Shown here piece after piece: positions 42,270 through 55,000 of a stretch of 64,000 nt of DNA (position 1 is its first letter; each line of letters starts with the position of its first letter). Position numbers and translations under genes: made by a program. The notes beneath the pieces were generated by a model, which was not told the DNA's origin, did not search any database, and was given only the letters and a program-made list of their open reading frames with translations. The stretch comes from Nageia nagi (lineage: Eukaryota > Plantae > Pinophyta): positions 159,030,001-159,094,000 of the forward strand of contig JBITNC010000001.1 of NCBI GenBank assembly GCA_050084985.1, in the 5' to 3' direction.

Positions 42270-44680
42270 TTCTAGAGATCCCATGGTGGCACATGTTGGA
42301 TTAACAATGTTGAAAAATGTTACAGATTTTGGCTTACATATAATAATTGCATCTTATCAAATAATTCAAACCTTCTCTATGCTTCCATATTTTGCATTCA
42401 TGTCAACATTGCATTTATTGATTCATCCCAAGAATAATGGAAGAAGAGTCACTCATGCTATTAAAGTATTTGCATCCGTCCTTCATTAGACCTACATGGC
42501 TACAAGCTAGTAGAACACATACAAAGGTTATGTTAATAAGGTTGGTTCCCAAGTTCTTCATCAGATCAAAGATATTAAAGGCATCCTTGTTGTAGCCATC
42601 AATTGCACATCATCCAATAATTATAGTTCATGAAACTATGTTTGCATCATGTATCTTGTAAAATAATTCTCAGGCCTTGTGTATTCTTCCACACTTTGCA
42701 TACATGTCTATCAAGTCATTCACAACTGCATCATTAGATGCAAAGCATTTTCAACTACTCTCTGATGGATGTCCATACTTTACTTTAGAGTTTCCATGGT
42801 GGCACATGTTGGAAAAGGTTGTAAAGTTTAGCTTTACACTTGACAATTGCATATGCTTAAAACTCTCTATATCCTTTTCCAAAAATCCATTATGTGAATA
42901 TCCAACGATCATTACAATCTATAATACTGCATTTTAATGAAGCAATTTATCAAATAATTAATGAGCCCTTTCAATGTATCTATTTTATGCATATCCTACC
43001 ATCATTGTAGTCCATGAAACTATGTTTGCATCATGCATGTTGGCAATGAAGTTCATAACTTCCTCAAGAGAGCTTACACAGCCAAGAAGGTCAACATTAC
43101 ATATATAATGATTCATCCCAAGAATAATGCAATAAGAGTCACTCATACTATTTAAGTATTTACAACCCTCATCCACTACACCTACATGGTTGCATGCGAG
43201 TAGAATACATACGAAGGTTATGTTAATAGGGTCAATTCCTAAGTTCTTCATTAGATCAAAGAGCTTAAAGGCATCCTTGCTATAGCCATGAATTGCATAT
43301 TCTCCAATATTTGTCGTCTATTAAATTTTGTTTGCACCATGCATCTTGTAAAATAATTCTCGGGCCTTGTGTATTCTTCCACATTTTGCATACATGTCTA
43401 TCAAGGCATTCACATCTATAAAATTGGATACAAAACCATTTTCAACTACTCTTTTATGGATATCCATACCTTCTTTTAGAGCTGAAGGAACTAACACTAA
43501 CAAGATAATTCCTAATCAACCAAGATCACATGAAAGCTCTCAATTCACATCTAACAAACTCACAAATAAGATAATCTCACAAAGTAACTCAAGATGTAAA
43601 GTGATTCCTCCAATTAGGAGTGCATCCACTAACTAGATCTTTACTCCAATCACAAATACAACTCTCTTACAATACTCCTAATCTCAACTCCTACACTTCT
43701 ATCCTATAGCACAATTTTACTCCACAATTGGTAAATGATCACAAAGAGGGAGCCTTCTATTTATAGGGCAAAATCCCTCTTTGGATCACCCTTTTATCTA
43801 ATGTACAAAAGCATGACATGCACATCCTTTTACCCAAGGGGCATGCTCATGACATTAAGTGTAGGATAAGTTACATTGTCATATTCACTTAAATACTTAA
43901 GGTATCAAATGATACCCTTAAGTATTAGTGAATTTACATAGAATATTTAATACAACCTTTACAATAATGCATTATACATTCCAACAAGAGCTACCATGGT
44001 GGCACATGCTGGAAGAATATTGGCAAAGGTTGTAAAGTTTGGCTTCACATCTAAAAATTGTATCTGCTTAATAGTCTTTAGATCCTTCTCAAAAAACCCA
44101 TTATGTACATATCCAGCAATTATTACAATCCATGAAATTGCATTTTGATGAGGCAATTTATCAAAAAATTAACAAACCCTTTCAATGTATCTATTTTGTA
44201 CATATCCTATCATCACTGCAATCCATGAAATTGTGTCTACATCATGCATCTTAGCAATGAAGTTCATAGCTTCTTTAAGATAGCATGCATGACCAAGAAG
44301 GTCAGCAATGCATATATAATGATTCATCTCTAGAATAATGCAATAAGAGTCATTCATGCTATTCATGTATTTACAACCTTCATCCACTAGACCTACATGG
44401 TTGCATGTGAGTAGAACACATACAAAGGTTATGATGTAAAGGTTGGTTCCAAAGTGATTCAGCAAATCAAAGATTGTAGCCATGAATTGCATATCCTCCA
44501 ATTATTGCAGCCTATGAAATTTTGTTTGCACCATTTATCTTATCTTTGATGCAACACCATTTTCAACCACTCCTTGATGGATTTCCATAGATTCTTCTAG
44601 AGCTCCCATGGTGGCACATGATGGAAGAATGCAAGAAAATGTTATAGAGTTTGGCTTTACATCTAACAATTGCATCTTAA
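42270..44680 (-). pseudogene. Rearranged, internally duplicated PLS PPR array
   Basis: ORF-track peptides VKPNSITFSCILPSCATMGALEE, VNALIDMYAKCGRIHKARELFYKM, and ITFVC(I/V)LLxCNHVG(V/L)VDEGCKY (two full copies plus a third partial copy). Confidence 0.92.
43483..43986 (-). mobile_element. Solo LTR (504 bp) related to element B LTRs, inserted in PPR
   Basis: Minus-strand TGTTGGAATGTATAATG...CCTTCA; TSD AGAGC (43478-43482, 43987-43991) splitting the MGAL|LKEG PPR motif. Confidence 0.92.
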
Positions 44681-47599
44681 TAAATTGATAAATATTACAA
44701 AGTTTGGCTTTAAAATTTAATATAAATATAAAATTCATAAATTTAATATGCAAGAATTTAATATATATATATATAATTTAAAAACATATCAATATATATT
44801 TTTTAAAAATAATTTAATAAGTTTTTTATAATTCCATTTGTTGACGTTAATAGTGACGCCAAAATAAATGCCAACACACTAAAAAAAGTTACAAAAATAA
44901 AACATATGTTGTTAATACCATCTCTAATATGACATCAATTATGATTCTAAAGATGATACAAAATGTGATGCCAAATCTAACACTATGTGCAATGTCATTA
45001 TTGGCTCTATTTTAAACATTAATTATGACACCTAGTGATGCTCAAGAAAATGCTTGATATTACTAAGTTTTACGCTATTAATATCATCTAATAAGGCTAA
45101 GTTCGACACCATGACCGACGCCATGCGACTCTAATTAAGAATTTATCATCGATGCCATGTGACACCAATGACCACCAATTTGAACATTATGTGACGCTAG
45201 CAAAGACACCTTTACCATCAAATCATTGATGACATGAGAAGCAAGTCAAAAGGTTTAAAAGAAATACACGTCATGATGCCATTGGTGACGGCCGATGCAG
45301 TTATAGTTGTAGCAATTATAAGTATTAAACAATGTGCTAGAGGATAACTTAAATGATTATTCTTCAAGTCAATATAAAGATTTGATTTTAAAGAGAAAGA
45401 GTCATCAATATTTCATTATGTGATGAATAGTAATTGCTCTTTAAGCAATAGATGTTTCCATTGAATCAACTATTTTGGTATTACGAATAATTGATTTGAT
45501 TTGATAGGATAAATAGTAAAATAAAATATTACGGCATGATAAATAATGCTTTGTTTTATAAGTAAAGAATGTTTTGGTGAATCAAATATTTGATATTGAT
45601 GATATTTGATTGGGACTAGATATGATACTTAGAGAATTAAATTATTGTTGTGGATTGAATAATAAATTGATTCTACAAGGAAAATTTATTTTGGTGAACT
45701 CAATTTTTAAATGTAAGATTATTTGATTTTGTAAGTGAAGATTACAAAATAGAATAATATTAGATTTATAATTAGGGAAGTAAATATTATTGAGTAGAAT
45801 AATTTGGTTTTAAGAAAAGATTATTTTTAGTTAAGGATATTTTGATTGGAAGGATTTATTTGAAGTTTTTCTTAAAAAACAAAAAGTTATTGATGCATAG
45901 ATCAACAGTTATGTTAATCAATAGTTTATATTGGTGAAATTGTTATTGTTAAGATCAAATAATAATGTCATGATATTGATATTTGAGAAATCTTAGTGTA
46001 TGATCAAGATAGGAAATTGGATGCTAAGACCTTGGAAAAGGCTCTTAGTGAGTCCTTAATGGGATTGAGACTAATGTCATATTAGAGATTGAACCTTAAG
46101 AACCTTTTGATGTGTGAAGGCATCAATAAGAGAACCTACAAGGTGGGTTAGGAACTCATCTTGGTCATGGGACATGATCACAAGAAGTGGGCATTCCTAG
46201 TCGAGTAAGACTAGAAGGTTTGAGTAAGGCTCATCTTGCAACACATACGGTGGTGAGACATTGCTCTAAGAAAGTAAATGGAATTGTTGGTAATGAAGTG
46301 ACATCTTCAATATTGATACACTCATGAATCAATGTCAAGGTAGTGGCATTGGTCTTAATGAAAATCGAGCATAATCTAATTTATCGATCACTAAGGCACA
46401 TTCTATTATTAACATTGAATGATGCTAAGACATGAGGCCTAACATGAAAAAAAGAAAGAAATTATATTATTGTCCATAGATCACCAAAAGCGATCAATGG
46501 GATTGAAGAGTATACAAGTCTAAAATAGCATGAAGAGCATAGAGGCCCTCACTCAAAGCAAACTGAAAATCTAAGAACAATATAAAGACTAATCCCTAAA
46601 ATGAAATAAATAGTCAAACAGAGAAGCATAAAGAGCAAATAGGGTCAAAGGGGAAGTCTCTCATGATCTGTCTAATTGTGGACTCCTAGACTGATCTATG
46701 TCTACATCGATGCTATTGTAGCTAAAGAAGGTTGTGATCCGTTGCGATCTCATAGAACTAAGGTCAGCATGCATCCTTTGTCTGGTACATCGAGTAGGCC
46801 AAGGTGGGTCCTTAATCCTCCGCCTATGAACTCCCTCTCTTGAGGCAATCGAGAAGAAAGAGTTAATCAAGCGATCCCTTGTCGGGTGCTGGGAGTCGAA
46901 TAATAGACGCTTCCTGAGGAGGAAAGTCTCTGAGACAGACTATTAAACAACGGTGATCTAGGAATTGAAAGAATGTCAAGATCAAGCTATGTGCATCCTG
47001 AAAAAGACAATGATGCTACCCTCGTATCTTATAATAAACCAAGTATCGAAAGATGAAATGATCTTCAATCTCAGGCTCTATTAAGCACAATCGACAAACT
47101 CGAAATTGAGAATTAAACCCTAGTTGTTCCATGTCATAGGTTGAATGGAAAATAGGGAAGGTTACGCATACAAAACAAGCATCTTCCAACTAAGTGTTAA
47201 GAAGTAAACCCTAAAATTGGGAAGGTTGTCCACCTTCTAACCCTTTAGATGGTTGCCTATAGCAACATGGAACCAAGTGGTTGTGCCTCAATGCTATAAT
47301 GTGTTATTGGTTCTCAAACTATTTACATGTAAACCTTGAATGTTTTTTTTAAATGGACCTTAAAAAGTGGGATGTGACACACATCTTCTATTTGAAGTCA
47401 TCGACAAAAAGTCAAAATAGTAGCTTCTATTAGGAATAAGATCCCAAATTTTTGAAAGATCAATATGTACAAAGTCCAAATATCCATGATTTTGTGACCT
47501 ATCCTTATTGAGTTGAAGAAGTTGATTTGGTCATCTTCTTGCTACCTGAGATCAATATGCCCATTGTCATCATTGATTGTAGAAAAAGAGGAATTAGAT

Positions 47600-47860
47600 G
47601 AAAAGTGAAAACTACCTCACATGAAAGAACAAGATGCTTGCCATGTTCCACTTAAAAGTTGTTCTAGCCCAAAGATGGTGATGTTGGGTGCTCATTAGCT
47701 AAAAAGTGAGAACTTCCTCCAATGAAAGAACAAGATGCTTCCCATGTTCCACTCAAAAGGAGTCATATTCCAAAGATGTTAGATGCTCATTAGCAGAAAA
47801 GTGAAAACTACCTCCCATGAAAGAACAAGATGCTTACCATTTTCCACTCAAAAGGAGTTC
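47600..47860 (+). repeat. ~98-bp tandem repeat, about 3 copies
   Basis: AAAAGTGA(A/G)AACT.CCTC..ATGAAAGAACAAGATGCTT at ~47601, 47702, 47797. Confidence 0.8.
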
Positions 47861-48154
47861 TAGGAGTTGTCAATGGTACTATGCTTTGTAGTACTATCAA
47901 TGTTGTAGAGAAAATGAAGTATGAAAAAATGAATGGTAAGGCCATACATAAGCTTGTTCTCAACATTTTGACTTGTAAACTTCCATAAACCATGCTACTC
48001 AAGAAGTCATCAAATACAAATTTTTGCCATTTAAATTTGAGAATTCATTTTTGCAAGAAAAGGGTCATTAGCAATCCTCTTTTTAAGGAATTATCTAATC
48101 AAATTTGAAGTACAATTGCAAAATACTGAAAGGAATTTACTAACATCATTAAAA

Positions 48155-48700
48155 GTGAATCACACAAAATTGACATAGATTTATACTAGTTTCTTCCATT
48201 GTGGAAGTACATCCAATTTAACAGTTTGGATTTTTATTATTGATCAATATTTCAAGAACCTAAAACTACAACAATTGAGTCTTATGTCATCCTTTGGACA
48301 TTCTTACACATTCCAGATCCAATAGTTTTTTCAACCCCTCTCTTGATCAACTCTTCAATACTTTCTCAAGCCTCCCTCTAAGAAACTCAAGAATATCTAT
48401 TTTGGTTTAAGTTCAAACTTGACTCAAGAACCTTCTAGTGGCTTCTTCAATGGTTGTCTCAAACCTTGCTCTTAAGTGGCACAAGAATCTTCAACCATCT
48501 CACAAATAGTATTCACTATCTCCTTCTAAGAGTATAATGAACAAAAGATACATATGAAATTCCTTCTTATATTCAATACAAATATGTACGAAATATATTT
48601 ACTACTTCCCACCATTACAATATGCTCTCACACAATGCAATTGTCACCATTACGTTGTGTGATATATCCAATACATGAAAAATAATAGCATGCAATGACT
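48155..48700 (-). mobile_element. LTR-like fragment related to 62435-62935
   Basis: Shares AAATTGACA...TTTATA.T.GTTTCTTCCA.TGTGGAAGTACATCCAAT with 62535-62588. Confidence 0.5.
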
Positions 48701-49259
48701 TGTTCACCCTACATTATATATATTAGAGTACCCACTTCTATCAAAACTAAAGCAACAATCTTGTCATAATAGTCTTACCCATAAAAGTAATAGAAATGAA
48801 TCTCCTCTTAACAACAATGTGGAGATGAAAAGAAAGAAGCTCCCAATTTGATAGTAACAGCAGTCTAATTCTTAGCCAATTTGATACTAACAGTAGTCTC
48901 TCATGGTAGGCCTGCAACCATGGTAACAACCTGACCACTTCTTGTGGCTCACTCTCCCTTTTCCATGTTCCTCCAACTCTCTTTTTTTTCCCTTCTTATT
49001 GCTACCCTCTCAAGTCTTCTGAAGTGTGAATGGATGTAACTGATGTTTCTTTGACTTGCTTTCAGCTCTCCAAATGACTCCAACCGCTACAGTTTCCTTG
49101 AGAAAGGTGTTGGGAAATGGACCGTTGGCGGTCCTTTTTCTAACAGAAATAGATCATTGGCAATCCTCTTCTTATGAAACTTTGACTTCAAATTTTGCTG
49201 CCAACTTTATTTTTGTGCATATATTAGGAATCTTAATAACTTGATCCATTTTCAAATCA

Positions 49260-51287
49260 TATTTCCAACCCTCTTCATCCTCACATTGCTAGGCTAGATA
49301 ATGCTATTGATGTTTAGAAAAAACTCAAGATGATCTTTGAGGAGAAGAATCAAAATAAGATGCTTCATCTGCAACTAGTATGCACGGGCCATATTGTGAA
49401 AGATGAACATCTTGTCTCCATAGTGCTATGCGCACTACTACCATCTTACCATCTTTTTTAAACAACTTTGAGAATGACCTTACAGAAACTGACTTATGAA
49501 ACAACCCCAAAAAAGTCGAAAGCAGAATCCAAACTAGAGAATCAAGAGAAACCAATGACCACAACAATAACAAGGGAACATCACATAGGACGATGACCTC
49601 ATGATCACTCCAATAATACAACAAATTGATGAGTGAACCGACTCCAATAAAGCTCCAGCCCATGCAAAACATCCTTCCCCTTCCACGCAGTGGCTTGTGG
49701 ACTCTAGTGCTTCACGACACATGTCTAGACAATGAGATTGGTTCACTTCCCTGCAAAAGTTGACATTCCATGGCTCACATGTCACACTTAGCAAAATACC
49801 ACCCTACTCCATTGAGGGGATAGGCAAAGTTTTGTTTTAATATAGCAATCATTATTACACTATAAATAATTTCCCTAGGTTAGCCCACAACCTAATGTCC
49901 ATGATGCAACTGCTAGATGGAGGAACATTGATAGTTGAGTTCACTCAATCCAATTGAACAAAATCTCAGATACAACCAATTCTTCCCAGATTCCTGCTTG
50001 TGACAGGTATTGGCAAGTTATTTGTGCTTGGTGGAGTTGCAGCATTGAATCCAGCCCTAACAGTGAGACTTGATGATCCTTCTCCACTTTGGAACCAACA
50101 TTATGCCATATGATCAGCTCAATCAAAAGTACCTACATCAAGTTCTTCACAAAGATATGGTAAGAGTTATGAGTTCTCAGATCATATTTATAAGTGTTGT
50201 TCGGCAGGAAAAGAGTATCGTGCACCATCCAGGTCTAGCAATTCTCATCCTTCAAGATCTCTAGACTTGGTGCATACTAATCTTTATGGTCCTTTGGATG
50301 CCAATTCCAATGGAAGTTATTATTTCCAACTCTTTATTGATGACTTCACATGGAAGATGTGGGTTTACTGCTTGAAAAAGAAGTCTCAAGCTCTGCAATA
50401 TCTCAAGAAGTTCAAGCACTTGGTGGAAAGATAGACTAGACGTGGCCTCAAAATTCTTTACTTTGATCAAGGGGAGGAATATAAGTCCAATGAGTTTAAC
50501 AAGTACCTGAAGCAGTATGATGTTGAAGCTACTTGATGACAGCTTACACACCACAACAAGATGGTGTTACCAAAAGATACAATCGCACAATTATAGAGAT
50601 GATGCAATGCATGTTGAAAAATGCTTGCTTGGTAAATTCACAATGGATAGAAGTTGTTGCCACGATGATTAATCTTTTGAACCATGCTCCCACTAGCGCT
50701 CTTGATGGTATTACACCAGGAGGGCATGGACGAACAACTAGCCTTCCATCTCTCATATCAGAGTTTTTGGAAGCATTGCCCACATGAATATTCTGAAGGA
50801 AAAATATAGAAAGATGGAGCAAAAATCCTTGAGGTATATGCTTTTTGGATACATTGAAGATTCAATGGCATAGCAAACTACTTGATCCTATCACAAAGGT
50901 TCACACCAACAAAGATGTAATCTTTGATGAAATGCCTGTCTCACCCCCTTCCTCACCTCCTGAAACAAATGATGTACCAATCATGACACATGTTGATGAT
51001 GAAGTACCATAAATAGCACAAGGTGGTGAACCTAGAATTGACATTAATAGTAGTAATGATACTGATCATGATGCTGTTGATGTATATGATGTAGAAGAAT
51101 TTGATGTTTGGAGATCAAAGTGGTACACCAACACAATGCAAGAATTAGGGATTGTTCCTGATACCTCTACCACATGACCAATGATCCGCAACATGACACA
51201 TCAATCTGTCAGCTATGCATTAATGAATGTTGTCTTCCAAAGTCCTAAACCTTCTTCAGTTTCAGAAGCACTTGATAATTACATTTA
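49260..51287 (+). mobile_element. Ty1/Copia remnant (gag-protease-integrase), truncated before RT
   Basis: WLVDSSASRHM (protease), LDLVHTNLYGP, FIDDFTWKMWVYCLKKKS, TAYTPQQDGVTKRYNRTIIEM, DVIFDE, PSSVSEAL. Confidence 0.88.
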
Positions 51288-51357
51288 ACCGAAGAAATTT
51301 ACATATTACAAAAAAAGAAAAAAAGCTACATTTTTCTTGAAATTTCCAATCATAAAT

Positions 51358-51809
51358 CTAATTGAACAAATCAAACCCATCAGCCAGAAGCAGCTCGACC
51401 TCATCATTCCAGTCAATTGTTACAGGAATAGATTCCTTCTTGTTACAGCACACCTTAACATTCTCCAATGCACAATTTGTTCCTGTATGTGGGTCTTGTT
51501 CACTAGACATTTATTTCAAGAAATTATTTTTATTGTAAGGAATTTTAGTGGGAGTAATATTTTCATGAATTAATCTCTGCTGATTGTTATCTTCCTGTGG
51601 CGGTACTTTTCTGCCCTCCAAGTTATTATCAATGGTTAAATGGTGGTGTTGATGAAAACCAGCATTCTGTGTAGGAATCACGTTCTTATCGGTCAATCTG
51701 CTATGCAGGATATGATTTGTTGCCTCATGATTCTTTGAACTGAATATCCCATCCTGCTGGGAAGCTCTATCAGCTGATAATCGCACACTTCCAGCTTCCT
51801 TGAACATGT
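51358..51809 (-). CDS. Putative terminal exon of the same host gene (one in-frame TAA at 51513-51511)
   Basis: T-rich tract plus CAG acceptor at 51812-51810 is phase-compatible with the upstream exon; open frame DMFKEAGSV...NNFLK* then 50 more open codons ending IDWNDEVELLLADGFDLFN*. Confidence 0.5.
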
Positions 51810-51993
51810 CTGTGATGTCCAAAAGATTGAAAACAAATGTCACATTTCTCCTAAATGTACAATAATTTCAAAAGCAAAATAGTTTCAGATTCCCATTAAA
51901 TATATATTGATAGTCAAAATCATATATTGTTGTTTATGTCTGCAAAATAAATGAGGTAAACATGAATGCAAAAGTTGAAGAGCAACAACTTGC

Positions 51994-52072
51994 CTGGAGG
52001 AAGACTGCTTCTGTTTTTGCTAGTTGAAGCACCATCATGTCTTTCCGGCAAGCATTTTCCCTTCTTGAAAAC
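51994..52072 (-). CDS. Putative penultimate coding exon of a host gene (VFKKGKCLPERHDGASTSKNRSSLPP)
   Basis: CAG acceptor at 52075-52073, donor CAG|GCAAGT (GC-AG type) at 51993; open frame; CpG/CHG retained unlike flanks. Confidence 0.5.
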
Positions 52073-55000
52073 CTGTTGGCATGACACTGGAATGTAAGTA
52101 TACTGTATAATTAACCATACTTTTTTTTTCTATTTTTACATTATTTTGGATTTACTACATCAGAGAAATCTTGTGTTAGGGTTCTTATTATACATTACAT
52201 TATAATAGTTTCATGTGTTGGGTTGGTTTCTTTCGGTTACTGCACACATTAGTTTTGTGATACTTACGCGAGCTTCTTTGGGTCATAGATAATTGATATC
52301 ATCTTTGTATAAATACTTTCTCATAATAAAAATCGATATAGCGCCCGTTATAATCTAACACGGCATCATAACATGGTTCATGGCCAAGGAATGTTGAGCA
52401 ATGTTTTGTTGCTCAATAATGCATTTGACGCGAAGGATAAAAAAGAAATACTCCATTTACTTGTGAGCGGTTCACCGTTTATAATTATTTAGTTTCAAAC
52501 AAGCGATCAACATAAAGTCATCAGACGGGCACTTATCTCCAAACTGAATGAAGAAGAACGCAACCAAATGGAGTTGTTACAAAAGAGTGCAACTAGATGA
52601 AAACAAGCCTAACACAATCATGATTAATGCTATATTTTGTGTTCTAGAGTGTCGAATCTACAGTGAGAAAGTAGGTTGAAGGTTAAGGCATCTGAGAGGA
52701 GCATGAAGTGTTCCAGCCAAGGTTGACGTTGAGACGACATTGATCACACCCCTCAAACCCTCCAGAGAAAAACACTAGTGCAATGAGTGTGGCAATTAAC
52801 AGAGGCAAAGTCCACGACATCATTATAGATCTAAAGAAGAAGCAATCATTTTGTATTTGCATCCAAATCATTTAGAATATTTTTAGTGCCCAACAGACAT
52901 ATTTTTTTTTCAAGGTGTTAATTCTACTCCTAAAGTATCCTCTCATTTGTGGCAATAGCTAATCTAAGTGATGAGAAAAAGGATTAAATAACATCTCATT
53001 TTGCTAACAATATGACCACCAATTATCCAAAGTTTCTCCTTCCATATTCATAGTTGTCTTGCAGAAACAATTACTCTACATGGAAAACCAAACTCAACTC
53101 AAGTTTGAAAAAGTTTGGGATGTGGTTGATGGTACCACTACACAACATTCATTTGATGTTGATCAAATAAAAAAAATTTACCAAAACAATGTTTGAGGCC
53201 AAGAAACAGAATCAAATCCTGAACTTGCAAAGTCAACTACATAGTTTGAAGATGAAGAATGGTGAACAATTAGAATCCATTCTTAAAAGGATTGTTGAGT
53301 TGAGAGCTTTGCTACAAGCATTGTGTGAAGCAGTAGAAGATAATACCTCCACGCCTATTGTTTTGAGAGCATTGCCATCAAAATATAAAGTTCATGTGAC
53401 AACTTTGAAGTTAACAAAACAACACCCAGTTTTGAGAAGCTGGTGAATCTACTCCAAAAAGAAGAGTTATTGAAGAGTGATGGTGGACCTCCCATGTCTG
53501 AGAATCAATCTCAATCTCATATGAAGTGTTCAATTAGTGAGAAAACTAGACACAATATGAAGAATTTTTGGTACAACTCCATGAAAAATGGATAGTCCAA
53601 CAATAAAAAACATCAAAAGAAGTCCCTTCAAGATGTCAATGCACTATGGGTGCAAAAGAACAAACAACAACAACATGGCAACATTGCTAAAAAAGATGAT
53701 TCTCAAGTCAATGAGTATCTTTACTACCCATAATCCAAAAGATGGTTCACACAAAGCACATGATTGAAGAAAAAGACTGGTTTCCACAGCAAGACCTCAT
53801 CAAAGTTTTTCTTGCAAACCATACCAATGATGACATCCAAGGTATTAGTGAAATCTCCTAGCACTTTGGTACACATCATTGCAAGCTTATCAAAGTCTTA
53901 TACATGCCAAGACTTACCAAAATTCTCCTATCTATCAACCAATTTCTCAACCATAACTTGAGAATTGAGTTTGACATAAATAATGGTAAGAAGGTATGCC
54001 TCATTCACAACAAATCTAAAAGTTCAAAAATTGTTGCACATGCCTATGAAATTGGAAAGATGTTTAGGCTTGATACAATCAACAACAATTAACCCTTGGT
54101 GGCAAAGAATAATGATCTTGCTACACTGGAATTGGTTATTTGGTCACTTAAGCATTGGCTATTAGCTTACACTCAGTAGGAATGACATGGTGAGAGGCCT
54201 TCCCTCACTTGAGGATACAAGTGTTATTTACTCCAATTGTCCTGGAAAAAAACATCAAGCACCCTTCAATACTAGTGAGCATCAAGCAAGTGAACCTTTG
54301 CAATTGATGCATACTGATCTATGTGGACCCATGGTACAAAGCATCAATGCTTTCAATGTGGGTTCATTACTAAAAGAAAAAAAATTGAAGTTTTCACCTA
54401 CTTCAAAGAGTTTCAAGCTCTTGTGTAAAACGCAACCAATAAGCATATTCATGTACTTAACTCAAATCGAGGGGAGGAATTCACCAGCACATAATTCTCC
54501 ACCTATCTGAAGCAAAATGGAATTTGTCGTCAAGTGATTGTAGCTTACACACCTAAAAAAAATGGAGTTGCAAAACAACATGATCACATCATCATGGAAA
54601 TGGTGTGTCTCATGTTGAAGGATTCTCATTTGGAACATGCATTTTGGGCAAATGTTGTGCATACAACGATTTATTTACTAAATCGTACACCAAGCAAAGC
54701 TCTTGATGGCATCACACAAAAGGAAGCATGGATAGGAATTAAGCTCTCCATCTCTCATCTTCATGCGTTTGATTGCATAACATACATGCATATTCCCAAG
54801 TGTTGGGTAGTTTTTCTTTCCTACCTTGTTGATGGGCAGCTAAGTGGCAAAACTAAGAAGAAATCCAACACCTTAGATGAGAAGGGGTTACCCTCCTCCG
54901 CTATGAGGTAACCTCAAAGGTATCTCTCTAATGAATAGGCAAGAACGGGCTTAGAGAGTGGCTAAGATGTTTGAAGTTGTTACCAACCTTAAATATGATT

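Larger units (their letters stand above)
15367..45314 (-). mobile_element. Putative giant CACTA (En/Spm) element with PPR cargo and nested retroelements
   Basis: Degenerate termini CGCTATTACAAAAA (15367) and ...TTGTAGCA (45314), ATT on both sides, GATGCC/GACGCC-rich subterminal arrays at 15380-15930 and 44840-45300, TnpD remnants inside; flanks join into one LTR. Confidence 0.55.
12112..47379 (+). mobile_element. 3' LTR of element A (~4.2 kb when reassembled from 12112-13778, 14854-15366, 45318-47379), split by CACTA insertions
   Basis: Begins TGTAATG right after the PPT; ends in the same 26-mer as the 5' LTR end at 11-36; both intervening blocks are flanked by ATT duplications. Confidence 0.6.

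Noticed and set aside
31796-44680. Functional PPR-DYW gene with long introns
   Set aside because: Numerous in-frame stops and frameshifts, lost HxE glutamate and terminal W; the interruptions are TE insertions without splice signals.
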